Shown: positions 39,995-53,852, counted from the first letter of the stretch. The stretch is 64,000 bases of DNA from Octopus sinensis (GCF_006345805.1 NC_043002.1:44268001-44332000), one strand, 5' to 3'. Notes: generated from the letters alone by a model not told the origin. Numbers and translations: made by a program.

Positions 39995-40375
39995 TATATA
40001 TATATAAACGGCAGTTTGTCTGTGTGTGTTTCTGTGTGTCTGTTTGGTTGCACCCTCACCCTGACCACGGCTTTCAACCGATTCTGATGAAACTTGACAC
40101 ACACATAGCCCAATGTCATAATTCAAAACTAACGCAGCGAAAATTTTGAAAAGTTCCCCCAGTTCTAAAAAAAATCGATAAATTCGACATGGGGTCGAGA
40201 ATCAGAAACACAAACCACAGTATGTCTAGGGGACGCAACTGGACCTTTTTTAACTCAAAAAAAAAATTACCATAATTTGTTTCCATTTTTTTGCTATTTT
40301 TGGCTATAACTCTCTAAAAATGCTTTATAGTTATTTCACTTACAAACCTGAGCAACGCCGGGCGATACTGCTAGT
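39995..40375 (-). mobile_element. Helitron/Helentron-like non-autonomous element, variant
   Basis: Minus-strand start ACTAGCAGTATCGCCCGGCGTTGCTCAGG as at 9065; the distal part differs. Confidence 0.55.
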
Positions 40376-40396
40376 ATATATATATATATATATATA

Positions 40397-40574
40397 TGCG
40401 CAGGTGTAGCTGTGTGGTAAGTAGCTTGCTTACCAACCACATGGTTCCGGGTTCATTCCGCTGTATGGCACCTTGGGCAACTGTCTTCTACTATAGCCTC
40501 GGGCCAACCAAAGCCTTGTGAGTGGATTTGGTAGACGGAAACTGAAAGAAGCCCGTCATATATATATACATATA

Positions 40575-40606
<32 letters not shown>

Positions 40607-40815
40607 AATATTTGTGTGTCTTTGTTGCCCAACATTACTTGACAACCGATGCTGGTGTGTTTACGTCGAGGTAACTTAGCGGTTCGGTAAAAGAGACCGA
40701 TAGAATAAGTACTAGGCTTCCAAAGAATAAGTACTGGAGTCGATTTGCTCGACTGAATGCGTTGCTCCAGCATGGCCGCAGTCAAATGGCTGAAACAAGT
40801 AAAAGAGAGAAAAGA

Positions 40816-40816
<1 letters not shown>
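40397..40816 (+). mobile_element. tRNA-derived SINE, full length
   Basis: gcgcaggtgtagctgtgtggtaagtagcttgc...ccgggttca head; tail tggctgaaacaagtaaaagag. Confidence 0.9.
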
Positions 40817-40892
<76 letters not shown>

Positions 40893-43800
40893 TGTGTGTG
40901 TGTTTGTGTAGTAATGCTCAAAGGAAAATCAATATAGCAATAAAATTTTATATAGTAATTCAGTGTATTTCTTTGATTAAGAAATTAGAAATTGCTATCT
41001 ATAGTTAAATTGAAACTTAATTAAAGTCTCTTAATGAGGATCAAATATCCAGATTATTATTATAAATCGCATACCTTATACAACACTTTAAAAGCAAAGA
41101 AACTTTGTTCACGATGAAATGATTTCAATGGAAAAAGTAAATTATAATTTCTTTCTAATTTTTGGCAGAAGGTCAGCAATTTTCAGAGAAGGGCAAGTCG
41201 ATTATATCTATCCCGTACTGAACAGTACTTAGCTTATCGACCTCCGTAAGAATGAAAGGAAAAGTTGAACCCAGCGAAATTTGAATTCGAAAAGAACAAC
41301 CACAAAGGATGCTGGCTGCTTAGCCTCCGTCCAACGTGTTAATGATTCTGCCAGTGCGCTGGCAGAATCATTTAAACAGTAATCTAAATGAAATATATTT
41401 CGGTCATCTGAACAAACATCCAAAGTTTTCATCTCTCGAAATCAATATTTGTAGCTGGATGTACATTTCTTAGTAATATGTAGTTCAGACAAACCATTTG
41501 AAGGGAAATTTCGATCAAATACATCGTCTTCCCTATGTTATCATTCTTACCACATATCAAGAATTTAAGAACAACATGAAACTTCCCATTAACAAATTTA
41601 CCTTTCCTCCTTCCTTGGTCGCCAAATATCAAGAACTATAATCAATTTAATCGACTAATGCGCTCCCTAAATTTCTAGCTTTGTGACTGTATTAGAAACA
41701 AAACTTAATATTATAAACCAGTTTGGGTTTTCGTCGTCACATTTATAGAGTGATTTGAGGAATATTTGATTGAACTTTCTGGTAGGTTAATCAAATGACC
41801 TGATTTCGGCTTCCACTTTGACACGGATATCAACTGTGTTTTGGTTTGGAATAATTTCACTTTTGTTTCTAATGCATTCCATTTTGTATCTATAGAAAAC
41901 CGTTCCGAAATGACGTTGCACACATGTAAAGACATCACTTCCCTTACCCCGACCTTAATGTCTACTAGATTGTTCGAAAGCTTTAGATATAATAAAAGCG
42001 ATTTCTACGTTGGCGACTCAACATTATTTATCTGAAAATATGTAGACATTTTAAATAATATAATCTCCAAAGACTTCACAAAAATAATAGCTATACAAAT
42101 ATTTTACTTTTTGCTATTTTGCCAGAAAAAAAGTTGAAATTTTTTCAGTTGAATTCGAAGACAAGAGACAACATTATGAGAATAATCGTCTTGTTTGTTA
42201 CCTCCAATTATTAGATACCAAAAATGTTTGGCATCATACTGCCCAACAACATCTCTATGAATTGGCTCGGAAACTCCAACTGAAAAATTGAAATGTATTA
42301 GCACCCCGCTTCAGCAGGGGCTAAAGAGGAGTATCTTTACGTTTGGATGAATTCACTGCAGTATGGTTTCGTTCGACCAATGAAAGAAAAGCATTAGAGT
42401 CATAAGTGAAATGAAATTATTCCAATCTAATGCTGAAACTGTATTTCAATATTTAAGATTCCTTACAAAACACAGAAGAAGCTTTTGTTTCACCATTTAA
42501 CCGACTTACAAAAAACAGCAGCTAAATCTCTCTCATACTATATCCGCTGTCTTAAGATATGAAGGACAAATTACATTATATATTCCTAGACATTCCTAAA
42601 TATGAGGGAGAGTTATCATAGTTCAGCTCAATCAAGGATAACTTTGGCAATCCAACTTGTTCTCTATAATTCCCCTTACTTCACGACTGAATTTGCTAAT
42701 CTTGTTTCTTTGTTAGACATTAGTCGGCTAAATGAACTTGCGTATAATAATTGAATTACTCAAAAAGCGAAAGAGGTTAGCGGTCCGTATCCGTCACTAA
42801 TTTACTTCTTTTACTCTAACATTCACTAACCACAGAGTAAATATAGTTCCAAGTTCTCGAAGAAGGTTATAGCTGATTGTTATCTGTAATATTTCGCTAC
42901 AGTAATGCTTTAAAAAGCAATATATTAATTATGGAATGACATCGAGGACATTATTATACACACAAGAGTAATAGTTTTCGTTAAATTATGAAGCAATAAC
43001 GGAGACACAATCTGTAATAAACATAACATTTATAATAGGATTATAAACGATTAAGTGTGATTCATATGTAATTAAAACGTTATATGACCAACAGCTCAGT
43101 AGAGCCGCTAATGTACTTCGTTCACCAACAGCAGTGGCGCTGCTGCAGCTCTGGGTCAAAGCTTAGTCACATAATCTTTCTGATATAAAATAAGTATATA
43201 GTAGAGCGTATTAAAATTTATTAAACCTTTACCAGCGTAGCTGAGTAATATTATATCAGTATTATATCTTCGAATTCCAATCTACACGATACGTGAAGTC
43301 AATGCAGTTAATAATAATTCGCAGTTTAATCCAGGATTTTAATTTCAGACATCATAGTCTGCAGAGACGATTGCAATTATCCTTTTGTTTTACAGAGAGT
43401 AGATTTAGAATAATATTAAGCAATCTTCAAGGATAAACAACTGAGAAATTTGCCTTATTCATAAGCAAGCCCAAATTTCCTCATAAACAGTCATCGTTCG
43501 AAACTCTTTCTAAAGGGTGTTCAGTTATGACGTAAATATAAAACCGATACATAACATTTCTCGTGGTAGAAGCGAAAAGTATATAACAAAGAGGAGTTGA
43601 ACGGCAAAAGTTGACATCAACAGACTGTGAACTCAGAACGTAAAGACAAACGAAATGCCGCTGAGCACCTTTCCCAGCGTGCAAGCGACTCATCTACCGC
43701 ATTTATCTTGTTTACATATCCAATAATAATGATAATTATTTTCATCCCCAAATTTAAGAGAATGTATATTGATTTGCATTTCGTCACTGTTACCAAACCA

Positions 43801-43993
43801 AATAATGTATCTATGAAAATCGAAAAAAAAAAAGAAAATGGATTTGTTCTGCTGTTAATTCGTGTTAACATATCTAATGATAGTGATCATAATTTGATTC
43901 CTTATCAATATATGCTAATGTGAAAACAATCATCAGTGGAATAATTTAACAAAATCAAAATTTTACAAATCGTTTCTTTCAAATATTTTCCAG

Positions 43994-44124
43994 GTGGTCA
44001 GGTTAAATATAATCCGCACGATTTTGAAGTTTTGGCGATTTCAAATTTGATTCAAGCAAATTATAGAATAATTTTAATCTTAAATGTCATAACAGTCTAC
44101 TCCCTGAACAATTTATTTACTTGA
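43994..44124 (+). CDS. Duplicated terminal exon B (putative alternative last exon)
   Basis: Identical 17-nt acceptor tttcaaatattttccag|GT, same phase and length (131 nt). Encodes (G)GQVKYNPHDFEVLAISNLIQANYRIILILNVITVYSLNNLFT-stop. 25 substitutions versus exon A, no indels. AATAAA at 44142 and 44216. Confidence 0.7.
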
Positions 44125-44464
44125 AAAGTCAAAATGAAGAAAATAAATATAAGGAATGAAATACTTTTTAGAAATTTCAATATGCAACATACTTTATCGA
44201 AAATGCTAACTTCAAAATAAAGTATATATTTTTTTACAGTTGATTTCATATATTTATTATATTCTACTTAAAATCAAAATGTTTACTATGCGACAAATTT
44301 CAAAATTATGAAGAACAACAAAATTTTAGAAATAATTCGTATTTTCCCCTACATGTATCTTTGTCCTCTATTATTCTTAACGGTTACTGAAAATTGAATG
44401 AAAATTTCTATAGAAATAAAAGACATCTAATAAGTAACAATAATGGCATTTTTTCTGCTGTGAT

Positions 44465-44860
44465 GGCGGCGAGCTGGCAGAAACGTTAGCGCGCCGGGCG
44501 AAATGCGTAGCCGTATTTCGTCTGCCGTTACGTTGTGAGTTCAAATTCCGCCGAGGTCGACTTTGCCTTTCATCTTTTCGGGGTCGATAAATTAAGTACC
44601 ATTTACGCACTGGGGTTGATGTAATCGACTTAATACCTATGTCTGTCCTTGTTTGTTCCCTCTATGTTTAGCCCCTGTGGGTAATAAAGAAATAGGTATT
44701 CCGTCGGTCTTTACGTTCTGAGTTCAAATTCCGCCGAGGTCAACTTTGCTTTTCATCTTTTTGGAGTCGGTAAATTAAGTACCAGTTGCGTACGGAGAGA
44801 GATCTAATCGACTGGTCCCCACCCTCAAAATTTTGAGCCTTGTGCCTAGAGTAGAAAAGA
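44465..44860 (+). mobile_element. Dimer-like SINE (third family)
   Basis: ggcggcgagctggcagaaacgttagcgcgccgggcgaaatg head, with the internally repeated module gagttcaaattccgccgaggtc(g/a)actttgc. Partial copies at about 17020-17210, 27245-27325 and 41180-41350. Confidence 0.85.
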
Positions 44861-46109
44861 TATTTCCTATTGTGTTTTCGTCGTTGTCCCAAGTCAGCTT
44901 TGAGTGAGTAGATTTTGAGAACATATACATTTTAGACTTGACCAATCCGTTTATTGTACAGTAGAAGCTACATTGATTAGTGTACTCTTTGTATTGAAAC
45001 TTAGAAGGTCGAATGACCTCATTGTATTGTTATGAATATAGGCGGCGCCACTAAGCACGTGTGACTTAATCCATCAGCTGGTGTAACTCCACCACCATTA
45101 GCACCAAAATTACTTGGTAAGTTTCAAAGGATTTACACCACTACCCGCAATTGGGCCAGGCTTCTATATAGATACAATGATTCTTGCAGTGCACCATCCT
45201 TTTCATACTACCAGTATTAGATGTTAAAGGTGAAAATGGTATTCCGGTGGTAACCGGCCATCATAAATATCAGTGACCCAGGGCTGTGAATAACACCTTA
45301 GGTATCTGCCTTATTTACTAGCAGGCCGACTCGCAACAACCTGCGTCCAAGTAAGCTACTAAGACAAAACTAAAATTGTGGCTAGTCGCACATCATGACA
45401 CAAAAATGCTGCTGGTGAGTCGGGTACGATACACGGTTTTCATCTCCATATGAAAACATACAGGTCGTTTTGGAAATATCTGAACGTCATATCCAGAATA
45501 ACAGCCTTTAGTTTAAAACGTTTTATGGCGAATTAGAAAGTAATCAACCTTATTAACAGAGTTTAAATATGTTTTACTGGTAATGTCTAAATGAAATAAA
45601 AATAACAGTAAAAATGACATTGATTAATTATAATGATTAATGACTGTAATTTTAGTAATTTAGAGAAATACTAAAAATTAAATAATGAAAATCACGACGA
45701 GTATGTCGTCATCAGAAAACAATCGTAATCAGCAATAATGCCAGGTTATATTTTAATAATTCATATATGAATAAATTTACCTCTAGACATTTGGTAACAT
45801 TCTGATAGTTTCAAAGTTTCTAATCACTTTTAAAGATAAATTGCACAATTTCTTTAGCTTGGTATGAAGAGGCAATTTATTTAATTATAACATAAAAAAA
45901 AACTACGTTTCAAAATGCTGGAAGAACAAAGAATTTATATTAAATAATGTTTACACATATTTGAATGGTACAGTATACACATGTGTATATGTGTGGTGGA
46001 GGGAAAATATGTATATATTATGTATTATAATTAAAGCATATACAAATGCTCACATAAACACACACACACACAAACATACACATATATATATATGTATATA
46101 TTGAGCATT

Positions 46110-47875
46110 AAAAAAATAAAAGACGAAGACGGGTGTGTAAACAACAAACAGATGTAATAGTTTAACGCACGGAAAGGGAGAAAGTCTTTTACGTTTCGAA
46201 AAGGAACACAGAAATAAACAGGGAGAGAAAAAAAAGGTTTAGTAGCTAGCGATCTATCATGGCAAATGCTGGACAGAGGGGTCACACAAGAGAGCTGGGA
46301 AGAAGGGGAAATAATAAAGTAGTGGTGATCCCAAAACGAAAGTGCGCGTGCGTGTGTATGTGAGAGTATGTATGTGCGTATGGGAGGTGGCTGGTCACCT
46401 TGGCGTGTGAGTGTGTGCATATATAGGTGTGTGAATGATGGTGTGGGTGCTGGGAAGTGGTCAGTGCTACTGTGCGCGGGGTGATATGATGTGGTGTGGT
46501 GGTGTTGGAGTGTGGGGGAGGCGAGGTGAGGGAAGTAAGAGTGGGTGTAATGGATGGGGTGGGGAGGAATGTATAGAGATGTTGGGGTTAGAATGTGTAA
46601 GGATGGAATAACAAGGGGGTGACGATGAAGGAAGAAAGTGAAAGGGAGATGGGTAGGAGTGAAGAGAGGAAGTAGATAGTAGAGCAAGAGAGGAAAGATG
46701 GGTGGGAGAAAGTAGGTGTGAGAGGAAGAGAGGAGTAGGGTTAGATTAAGAAGGGAGGAGAGTTGAGCCCATGTGGGGCAAAGGAGCGAAGAGAAGAAGA
46801 TTAAGCCTTATTCACGGCGAGGACCGGATAGCCCCTGTGCAAGAACAATCGGAATACAGACAGTTGTTGTAAAGAATGACCAGTAGAGCGGAAATGACGC
46901 GAGACCGGAGTGTCATTGCTGAGTCTGATGTCTCGGAGGTGTACCGCGAACCAGTCAACCAAGTGGTGTCCCGTTTTGACTAATGTATAGAGAAGGACAG
47001 AGGGAGCAGGAGATGCAGTACATGACGCTGCTAGAAGTGCAGGTGAAGGAGTCAGTGATATGATAGGGTCGATGAGGGGTGCCTGTGTGGAGAGTGGTGT
47101 TGGAGGGGTAAGGGCAGCGTGGGCGGGAGCAGGGGAAGGAGCCGGTTTGGGTTAGGGAAGAAGCTGTGGACTAAGAGGTCTCGTAGGTTGTGGGCTCGTT
47201 TGAAAGAGGGGAGGGGTAGGTTAGGGAAGATGTGCGAAGTGGAGGGGTCGGACTGGAGTCGCCGGAAGGCTCGGAGAATGGTGCGTTGGAGAGATAGGGT
47301 GCTTGGGTTGAGGGGGAGAAGTTGAGGTATGATCATGAATCTGTGTGTTTGTAGTGGACAGAGGTGATGAGAGTGGAGTGATGAATGCTGACCGAAATGT
47401 CCAGAAAAGCGACTGAAGTGTCGGAAAGAGTACAGAAGTAGAAGGCAGGACAGAAAGATTTGACAAAAGCGAGAAAGGAGTCTAGTTGTTCGCGGGAGAG
47501 CGATGTCATACCAACACAGTCATCAATATAACGACCTATAGTTCGGGAGTGGGACCAGTGAAACTTGAGAATATTTGGGCTTCAACTTAGCTACCGAACA
47601 GGTTCTCATATTTGGGGTCCATTCTCGTTCCCATGGCCACTCCCAATCTGCTGTTAAAAAGCACCCGAGAACGAGAAACAGTTTTGTGAGAGGACAAGTT
47701 CGGCCAGACGAAGGTGTATGGATGTTTCAGGTTGGGGATTGGGACGAAGGTCAAGGAAATGTTGGAGTGCACGTCATTCTTGATGTCAAAAATAAAGAAA
47801 ATTTTAGAGGGGCGAGGGAAAGGAAAAAGAGTTGAACAAACGAAGAGCATGGTTGGTGTCACGGACGTGAGAAGG

Positions 47876-47878
<3 letters not shown>
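46110..47878 (-). mobile_element. Penelope-like element (RT remnant, GIY-YIG, 3' repeat), internally deleted
   Basis: GVAMGTRM (RT), SFKRAHNLRDLLVHS, and FTCTSSNVMYCISCSLCPSLYI.QTG...FAVHLRDIR...PVSRHF (GIY-YIG). Confidence 0.88.
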
Positions 47879-47912
<34 letters not shown>

Positions 47913-47915
<3 letters not shown>

Positions 47916-48784
47916 AAGACTGACCTTTCTTTCTTGGTTCGGCTGTTGTCCGTGCAACATCTATATTCTTCCCTGTGCCTCTGAAATCGTGTATCCCTGC
48001 CGTAAGTCTTTACTTCCACACACGCCAGCTTAATTTAATTCTTCCTTAGTCGAAAGACACCTGTTGTTATGTCCTGTTATTTGTATTTGTGTAACTTTCT
48101 CTGTTTTTCTGTCCTTGTTTACGCATACATTCGCTGCTTTCTTCCAAGGAATCTAATGCTCTTAGCTTAGTTTTGCTTGGGGCTGGCCAGATTGGAGCAA
48201 TCTCGAGTATAACCAGCCGGAATTACAAAGAGAATATGGAACTCGACTGAGGAAAAAAAACTTCGAATGACCCGTCCTTGTTTTCTTTGTATTGTCTATC
48301 TGGATCTTTTGCGTTCTAGTCCTATTTTGTATTATATATATATATATAATATATATATATATATATGCCAAGACTGACCTTTCTTTCTTGGTTCGGCTGT
48401 TATCCGTGCAACATCTATATTCTTCCCTGTGCCTCTGAAATCGTGTATCCCTGCCGTAAGTCTTTACTTCCACACACGCCAGCTTAATTTAATTCTTCCT
48501 TAGTCGAAAGACACCTGTTGTTATGTCCTGTTATTTGTATTTGTGTAACTTTCTCTGTTTTTCTGTCCTTGTTTACGCATACATTCGCTGCTTTCTTCCA
48601 AGGAATCTAATGCTCTTAGCTTAGTTTTGCCTTGGGGCTGGCCAGATTGGAGCAATCTCGAGTATAACCAGCCGGAATTACAAAGAGAATATGGAACTCG
48701 ACTGAGGAAAAAAAACTTCGAATGACCCGTCCTTGTTTTCTTTGTATTGTCTATCTGGATCTTTTGCGTTCTAGTCCTATTTTG

Positions 48785-48785
<1 letters not shown>
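47913..48785 (+). repeat. Near-identical 418/419-bp tandem duplication separated by (TA)n
   Basis: 47913-48330 versus 48367-48785 differ by about one substitution and one inserted base. Confidence 0.92.
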
Positions 48786-48815
<30 letters not shown>

Positions 48816-48818
<3 letters not shown>

Positions 48819-49704
48819 GATGCGATAGGTAAATTATCGCCATCTTACATTTTTTATTTCGCACATGAACATTGTTTGTTTTTGAATTTGTCGACTACAC
48901 AGTATAGTAGGGTCGGTTGGGCACCGTTCGTGAGATAAACAGCATCATAACGCAATTAACTCTGCCAGAACTTTGGAAAAGGCATACTGTACTGCTTGGC
49001 ATTCGTGCTGGAAGCTTCAATATGAACATTTCAGAGTGTTCGGATGTCAATCTGAAGGTTTTCCTTGTCCCCAAAACTGTATCGAGAGTGATAAAAATCG
49101 TACATCCAGTCAACATCATGGTGTTTGGAGTGATCACTAGTAATGGCAACGTTATGCCTCCATTCATCTTCCTACACAGCGTCAGACTCCACACAGAGGC
49201 CTACATGAATTGCCTGGAGGAGGTAGTGATGCCCTGGGTCAAATGGGTGTCTGCTGGAAACCCTATATCTGGCAACAGGACTCTGCACCATGCCACACAA
49301 GCAGGAAAACCCAGTTATGGCTGTCAGACAATTTTTGCGACCTCATTACCCCTAACATCTGGTCACCTAACTCCCTAAACTTCAATCCCATTGAATGTTA
49401 TGTATGGGACGCAGTTGAGTGAGAGACCAACAAAACTCCTTGTCACAACGAAAATGAACTGAAGGCAATGATTATCGCAGCATTTAACAACTTAAACAAG
49501 GAGACCGCCCAGAAGAGTTTCAGGAGATTCCGTAACCTGTGGAGGCCGAGGTTGAAGTCAGTGGGGATTTTATTGGATAAATTTATTCTTTTGTATTTCA
49601 AGATATTTTTTATGTAATTTTGGTAAATATATTTGTTAAAATGAGATGTCGATATTAATTTCATTTTTGCGTAATTTACACGACAGTTTATTCACCGCAC
49701 CCTG
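48816..49704 (+). mobile_element. Tc1/mariner (maT/DD37D-like) element, internally deleted, both TIRs present
   Basis: TA-CAGGATGCGATAGGTAAATTATCG ... CGACAGTTTATTCACCGCACCCTG-TA. Peptides HPVNIMVFGVITSNGNVMPPFIF, WQQDSAPCHTSRKTQ, WSPNSLNFNPIECYVW. Confidence 0.88.
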
Positions 49705-50859
49705 TATATGTATATATATATATATATATATACATGCATAGTGGAGGCGTTGATATGTGTTTTGCGCCCAAGAGCTTTCATATTTTCTTTATTATGAAGT
49801 ACATACAGTATTTCCCAATACTGTGTAAGAGACTTAGGATTTCTTAGCCATGTGCATGCATAGCATCTACATGTGTCTGGAAACTCGGTATGTGTCAGTG
49901 CGTGTGTGCACGTGTGTACGTGTGTGTGTGCGCTCGTGCGTGTCTGTCTGTTTGTCCATGTTTGTGCTGGTATCGCAGCACTGTTCAACAACCGTTTCGG
50001 CAAAGTTACTGGCGTCGATTTGCCCGATTAAACCGTTCAAGGTCATTAGGTTTTGAATGACTTGTAGATATATGTGCCCTTGCTACATAATTCTAATAAA
50101 GTTTGTACGGTATATTTTTGTGATTTAGATCCAACATTTAAATAGATGTAGAGTTACTTAAAGAAAGTATTGAAGCGAACCAATTTTAATAGGATTATCA
50201 GAGAAATGTGTGATGTGCTTTAGTACAATTATCTGCTTTTGCATTACGCTTGTACTTATCTTAAGTCCCGGAGTTAAAGTACAAAGGGTATAATGAAAAA
50301 CTATACGGTTACAACTATTTGCAATAGCAGGGTTTTATGTGGCTAGCTTATGAGGTTAGAGGAAGCGTCGTGTTGGAAAGTGTTCTTTAGGTAAAGGAAG
50401 AAAATGTAATTTTATCTAAGCCTACTTCCAGATCATTGGCTAAATTGAACTAACATTTGTTCTATTCCCTATTTTTACAGGCTGGTCTCTGGATAAATTC
50501 AATATATTAAAGTTTTTGTCTGAAATCTGATTTTTTAAATGCTTGATTACAATAAGCAAAATTAACATTAAAAACTTGCTTGTTTTACATAAAAACACTT
50601 TCTCCTCTAGAATGTTTTAAATATACTATAGTAGCAGCAAGAAATAAGTCATGGCTCGATTATATAAGATATTCCTAAGAAAACTTCAAATTTTATGCGT
50701 AAATAAGTGTTACTGAGATTGCTTAAAGAGTAGAATAAGGTATACAATCTAAGGATTACAACAGAAAATTGACAGATTTAAAATGAAAAAGCACATTTCT
50801 TATACCAGGTCGATCAGAAAGAAAACCAATTAATATCTAGAGTCAAATACAGTGTCATA

Positions 50860-50908
<49 letters not shown>

Positions 50909-50959
50909 ATATATATAATATATATATATATATATCTATGTCTGTGCACGTGCGCATGT

Positions 50960-51015
<56 letters not shown>

Positions 51016-53535
51016 ATATATAGGTGTGTGTGTGTGTGTGGTGTTAGGAAGACGCACTAATTCAAAAGATTTGATAATATTGACCGAAAAGGAGTTATGG
51101 TTTTAGGAAAGCAAATCATAGAAAATGCGAGGTAATTTTAATCAAATGAAAATGTATAAGAACTATAGAACGCAAGTTTATAAGCTATGGCCAAATTTCT
51201 GAAGGCATCTATTAATTCCAGTGGAAAGTTAAAACACTAAATAATAGTAAGGATAAGACATGCTGATTCTAAATACATGCAATGTTTTTAAGAATTTATC
51301 GATGCAGAGAATTAATTTTTTGCAGTAAAATATCTTTGGTAAAGAGAATTTCAATGGCTTCACTTGTCTAAAGGCCATAAATTCACCTATTGTGAAAGAA
51401 TTTACCTTTCTAAGAACTTTACTTGATAGTATGTATCTATATTCAACTTTTTGTCTTTCTTCATCATATTTCATCCAATTCTGGTTTTCCCTTCCATTTC
51501 TCCTTTTCTTTAACTTTCTCTCGCCTATTTCTTTTCACCTTGTATCTTCGCGTTCTTTATATTTTACACAATCTTTGTACATCTCTTATATTTTGTGTAT
51601 TCTTATTAAGTATATCTTTTGAACCAGTAGAATACAACTATGTTATTTCAGAGGTCAGAGGGATGCGAGAGATTTCTTCCTAACTTCCGAAATAATTCAG
51701 TCGAGTATGAACTGGCTTGTAATTTATTTAGATTAATGTTTAATAAAAGTTTGGAATATAGTATTTGAAAGATAAATATGGAGTAGTGGATGAGAGAGGT
51801 TTATTCGTGTTTGCTATGTATAAATTTATTCATTTTCTGTGCCTCTCGTTGAGAGTGTTCCTTACGGCTAGTAACTGGATAAAAGGATAAACCAATGTTA
51901 AGTGAAGTTGTCAAATTCACTTTTTCATCTATCAATTAATATACTTTATATAATTATTTCGTTACTTCTTCCTTGTTTATATATCATTAACCCAAACTTC
52001 TCTGTACGAAAGATTTCCTAGAATCCTTAAGTTACATCTTTTATGGTTCAGAAAACGTCTAATACAAACCATGCTCGTTATGACTCAACTTCTTTAACTA
52101 TTCCAAGATACATTCCCCTCCTCTTTGTTTTGTTTGATCATCCAACACTTATTTGATAGGTCACTTTTTATATCTGTTTTATATATCACGATTTTAAAAT
52201 GGTTATTTTTTTAATCACTTTGTCTCTTTGTTTGCATGCTTCCTCCGTACTTTATACTTCCAAATTTACTGTCTTCATTGCTGTCTACCAATGTTTTAAA
52301 ATCAATCTTAACCGGTACTTGTAAGCAGTTTCCCTATGAAACAAATATCCGAACGTTATCCTATTTATTGATTAATACTTATTGATTTTGTTTAACTTCA
52401 TGTTACCAGTATTCTCCTATAAGAATTTCCCTCCTTTCACAACTGATTCATTTATTATCTCCAAGAATATAATGCTAAAGCAAGATTTCGATGTTTCCAA
52501 TAAAACATTGCGATTCCATAAAAATTTTAAGATTCAAATGTTTTCTGCAGGAAACGTAAAATTTTATGAAAAGAATTCGATTACATATATATTATTGGTG
52601 TTGATCCGGCGTAACTCATAACACCGACCATTGACATTACTAGACACTTTCGAGGAAAATCTACACTGTGCAATAAACAATATCAAATTCAATTATGTAA
52701 ACATATACGTTCCTTCTGGAAAGAACCAGAAGATAACACATACCAAATTAGAAAATTGAATAAGCAATTCGTTAAATCAAACAAACTAGAGAATATCAAC
52801 TAGATGACTCCATTTATTACTAATTCAGCTTTAGCTCGATCGCAAATAACTACAGCAAAACAAAATGCAATTCTCTTAAAGACACCGACATCAGAGCGTT
52901 TAAAATCACTTCTGTTCTACACAAAGAAAAAAATTAATCTTTCTCACCATATCTGTTTCTCCGTACTTCACTTTCGAAGACCAGACCAATACCAAACTTT
53001 TACCTTAAACATTTTAGACTCTCCAATCTAACTAAAACTGTTAAAGGTGTTGTAAACAAGTACAGTGTGTTTTCTCACAGTGTCAAATGTGTACGTAAGA
53101 AGGAGAATACAACAAATTGTTTCCAATTTGATAACGGAGAGCAAAATAATATGCATCAGCTACCAAAACTGTTCCAGTAAGAAATATCGAATTCACTAGA
53201 TCTATAAGCTATAAAACAAATATGATCTTATATACCTGACAAACTTTTGTTCAATATCTCCATGTGAATCCATATCATGTGAATGAATAATTATTCTAAA
53301 ACTTTTGGTAATATCGATGTTGAAGCAAACGACGGAATTAGCAATCAGCAGCCCCATTGGTTTGTGTGCCTTTGCCTTACATAATTGGAAAACAATCTTG
53401 CCAGAGGTTAAAATGATCATTACAGAGCAGAGGAATCGATTACCTTAAATAAGTGTCGCCCAACAGAAACCACGGACCTTTCCAGGAAAATAAATCGACA
53501 TTATATATATATATATATATAATATATTAATATAT

Positions 53536-53572
<37 letters not shown>

Positions 53573-53658
53573 CTATATGGTGTATGTATATATATGTTAT
53601 GTATATATATGTATGTATATATGTATGTATATATATGTGTGATATATATATATATACC

Positions 53659-53852
<194 letters not shown>

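Larger units (their letters stand above)
43050..45560 (+). repeat. Diverged segmental duplication, copy 2 (contains terminal exon B)
   Basis: Partner of 36945-39980. Lacks the CR1 fragment of copy 1 and carries its own SINE insertion at 44465-44860. Confidence 0.85.

Noticed and set aside
41948-42031. Minus-strand AG/GT-bounded 84-nt segment next to the 42202-42279 candidate
   Set aside because: Stop codons in all three frames.
53236-53291. Possible 60-nt minus-strand exon (IIIHSHDMDSHGDIEQKFVR) within the 53202-53420 ORF
   Set aside because: Weak acceptor, no homology cue, no connected exons.
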